DNA of 29,228 nt, from positions 1-29,228 of IMG/VR virus record IMGVR_UViG_3300030060_003522, one strand, 5' to 3'. The notes under the pieces are model-generated. The model saw only the letters and a list, made by a program, of their open reading frames with translations, made no database searches and was not told the origin of the DNA. The position numbers were made by a program, and so were the translations under genes. Position 1 is the stretch's first letter, and each line of letters opens with the position of its first letter. This document shows, in pieces, positions 27,063-29,228 of the stretch. This DNA comes from a virus (lineage: Duplodnaviria > Caudoviricetes).

Positions 27063-27884
27063 ATGGACATTAAAGAACAAATTATAAAAGCATTAGGTTT
27101 AAGCAAAGACATTAAACTTTCTTTTCAAGCTAAAGGTGAAGATGGTACAATTTTTGTTTCTACAGCTGATGAATTACAGGCAGGTGTTGACATTAGCGTA
27201 TTAACAGAAGATGGCACAACAATACCATTACCAATTGGAACATATAAATTAGAAACAGGAGTTACTTTCAGGGTAGAATCTGAAGGTGTTGTTGCAGAAG
27301 TTATGGAAACTGAAACAGAAGAGGTTGTTACAGAAGAGGAACAACTATCAGAAAATGTTAATTTAGAAGATATGGAAGAGAGAGTTAAAAATTTAGAAGA
27401 TGCAATTGCAGACATTAAAGCTAAAATGGGTGATGATAGCGAATCAGTTGAAATGGCAGATGAAGAGGCGACAGAGGAAGTTGTTACTGAAGTTGTTGAA
27501 GAGGTAGAAAAAGCTGTTGATGAAATTGCTGCGGCTATTGATGATGCAACACCAGAAGAGGTAACACCAGAATTAGCTGCAAAAGCGGCAGAAGTTGCAG
27601 TTGAAGTTATGCAGGAAAAAGCTGAAGAGGTTGCAGAAGAGGCAGAAGGTACTGATATGAGAAAAAAGAAAAAAGATGATGAAGATATGAAGAAAAAAAG
27701 AAAATACAGTAAACTTTCTAAACTTGAAAAAGAAAACAAAGAATTAAAAGAAAAATTAAACAGTACACCTGCAGACAATCCTATTAACACAAATAGATTT
27801 TCTAGTGATAGATACAAATTATCAGGTAAAGAATACAGAAAATTATCTAGTAGAGATAAATTTTTATACAATTTAAATAAATAA
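27063..27884 (+). CDS. Capsid scaffolding protein
   Basis: Very acidic coiled coil with a P.G.Y.LE.G motif, between protease and capsid. Confidence 0.75.
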   Translation: MDIKEQIIKALGLSKDIKLSFQAKGEDGTIFVSTADELQAGVDISVLTEDGTTIPLPIGTYKLETGVTFRVESEGVVAEVMETETEEVVTEEEQLSENVNLEDMEERVKNLEDAIADIKAKMGDDSESVEMADEEATEEVVTEVVEEVEKAVDEIAAAIDDATPEEVTPELAAKAAEVAVEVMQEKAEEVAEEAEGTDMRKKKKDDEDMKKKRKYSKLSKLEKENKELKEKLNSTPADNPINTNRFSSDRYKLSGKEYRKLSSRDKFLYNLNK

Positions 27885-27903
27885 TAATAAAAAAAGAAAA
27901 AAA

Positions 27904-28821
27904 ATGGCATTTAACGTAACGAGTAATTACTCTGGAAAGGCGGCAGGATTTTATATATCGGCAGCCCTTAAACAAGCTACATCATTGGAATATTTAACAA
28001 TGATAGAAAACATTAAGTACAAAAGCAATATACAACAACAAGCAGCATCATCTGTTGTTAGAGATGCAACATGTGATTTTACAGATCATGGTACTTTGGC
28101 ATTAACGGAAAAAGTTTTGGAACCAAAGAACCTACAGATAAACATAGATTTATGTAAAAAAACACTTTTACAATCATGGGAGGCAATGGACATGAGAGCA
28201 GGAGCAGGTGCGCCACCGCCACCATCTTTTGAGGATTATGTTATTTCATACATGGGTGAAGTGATAGCAAATGCAACTGAAACATCAATATGGAGTGGTG
28301 TTGCGGCTAACAATGGAGAATTTGCAGGATTTTTAGGTACAGCAACAGGTTTTTTATTACCTGGTGTTGATGGTACAGTTATACAATCTTCTGCATCTGG
28401 TGCATATACAGCAGGTAACATTATAGCTAATTTGCAAACATTAACAGCTGATTTGGCAGCTAATGTATCACCAATATTAAATAGAGAAGATTTACATATT
28501 TACATGAACCCTAAAACATACGCATTCTATATTTCTGCGGTTTCTACATTAGGATATGTAAATGCATACAACATGAATGGTGATTATGAGCCAGTTTTTG
28601 AAGGATATAAAATTGCGGTTTGTCCAGGAATGGTAGACAACCAATTGGTTGCTGCAACTAAATCTAACTTATTTTATGGCACAGACCTTTTAAGTGATGC
28701 AACTAGAATTACTCTCCTGGATATGGCTAATCTGGATGGATCAGATAACATTAGATGCGTTGCTAGATACAGTGGCGGCGTACAAACTGGAGTTGGTGCA
28801 GATATTGTTAGACAATCGTAA
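27904..28821 (+). CDS. Major capsid protein
   Basis: 305 aa after protease and scaffold; W.G.......F.G and YMN motifs; followed by a hairpin. Confidence 0.88.
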   Translation: MAFNVTSNYSGKAAGFYISAALKQATSLEYLTMIENIKYKSNIQQQAASSVVRDATCDFTDHGTLALTEKVLEPKNLQINIDLCKKTLLQSWEAMDMRAGAGAPPPPSFEDYVISYMGEVIANATETSIWSGVAANNGEFAGFLGTATGFLLPGVDGTVIQSSASGAYTAGNIIANLQTLTADLAANVSPILNREDLHIYMNPKTYAFYISAVSTLGYVNAYNMNGDYEPVFEGYKIAVCPGMVDNQLVAATKSNLFYGTDLLSDATRITLLDMANLDGSDNIRCVARYSGGVQTGVGADIVRQS

Positions 28822-29228
28822 ATAAATTAAACAGAAGTGGGGGCTATGCCCCTACTCCTTTAACCTTAAAAAATAAATAAAATGGCATGTACAGCATTAA
28901 CAAAAGGTAGAGGGCTCGACTGTAACAGAATTGCAGGTGGAGTGAAGAACGTTTATTTTTCAGTATTTTCTGATTTTGGAAGTACTGATTTTGCGTATGA
29001 TAGCACACACCCACAAGAAATTGATACAATTGATTTTAACAGTAAAAGTATTTATAAATATGTAATGCCTACTGGCGTTGCATCTGTAACGGATACATTA
29101 ACTGGTTCTACGGAAAATGGCACAATATTTTACACACCTACTGTAAATATTATGCTCAACAAATTAACAAAAGAAGATCAAAATCAAATTAAACTATTAG
29201 GACAAACAAAAGTTAGAATATTAGTTGA
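28547..29228 (+). repeat. Imperfect terminal direct repeat, right copy
   Basis: Homologous to 1..683. Confidence 0.97.
28882..29228 (+). CDS. Second allele of the probable tail tube gene, 3'-truncated by window edge
   Basis: MACTALTKGRGLDCNRIAGG...; 7 aa differences from the matching part of 337..924. Confidence 0.85.
   Translation, partial: MACTALTKGRGLDCNRIAGGVKNVYFSVFSDFGSTDFAYDSTHPQEIDTIDFNSKSIYKYVMPTGVASVTDTLTGSTENGTIFYTPTVNIMLNKLTKEDQNQIKLLGQTKVRILV

Larger units (their letters stand above)
1..28546 (+). mobile_element. Complete unit-length tailed bacteriophage genome (circularly permuted), probable Bacteroidota host
   Basis: Terminase, portal, protease, scaffold, capsid, tail, lysis and replication genes are all present; sequence homologous to position 1 restarts at 28547; no host genes seen. 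Confidence 0.95.

Noticed and set aside
27640-27720. Short repeat GATATGAGAAAAAAG / GATATGAAGAAAAAAAG in the scaffold gene
   Set aside because: Low-complexity DMxKKK coding duplication with no sign of independent function
27125-27910. 261-aa minus-strand ORF
   Set aside because: Ser/Phe-rich antisense shadow of the Glu/Lys-rich scaffold gene
983-28421. All other minus-strand ORFs in the track
   Set aside because: Each lies opposite a well-supported + strand gene or known intergenic element and shows no recognisable motif
1-29228. Stop-codon reassignment
   Set aside because: Genes tile the genome densely under the standard code and conserved proteins are not interrupted
1-29228. CRISPR array, tRNA, integrase or att site
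   Set aside because: No spaced repeats, cloverleaf, recombinase motif or flanking host DNA seen; intergenic gaps are short

Overview
The window is essentially one complete, circularly permuted genome of a small AT-rich tailed dsDNA phage (siphovirus-like). The unit length is about 28,546 bp. All credible genes lie on the + strand, and the host is most likely in the Bacteroidota (canonical TTTG-N20-TAnnTTTG early promoter, DUF3127-type SSB). The modules run as follows: end of the major capsid gene, tail tube and small virion proteins, a long portal fusion protein, head-tail adaptor, lysis cassette, metallophosphoesterase; early/replication genes (annealing protein, SSB, DnaA domain IV-like protein, initiator, NinG, sigma factor); ParB-N, glycosyltransferase, terS, terL; tail genes with a -1 frameshift chaperone; tape measure; prohead protease, scaffold, major capsid. 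I recognised no integrase, repressor, polymerase, helicase, methyltransferase, tRNA or CRISPR array. Three observations stand out. (1) A T4 beta-glucosyltransferase-like gene sits in the packaging operon although the genome has no visible enzyme to make its usual 5hmC substrate. (2) A bipartite motif YAAAYAAA-N11-TCTATWWWATA occurs five times and looks like a late promoter for the phage sigma factor, mostly driving near-leaderless mRNAs. (3) The ~683-bp terminal repeat has two copies that are only ~87% identical, mostly at synonymous sites. Family assignments come from recognising motifs by eye, not from database searches.
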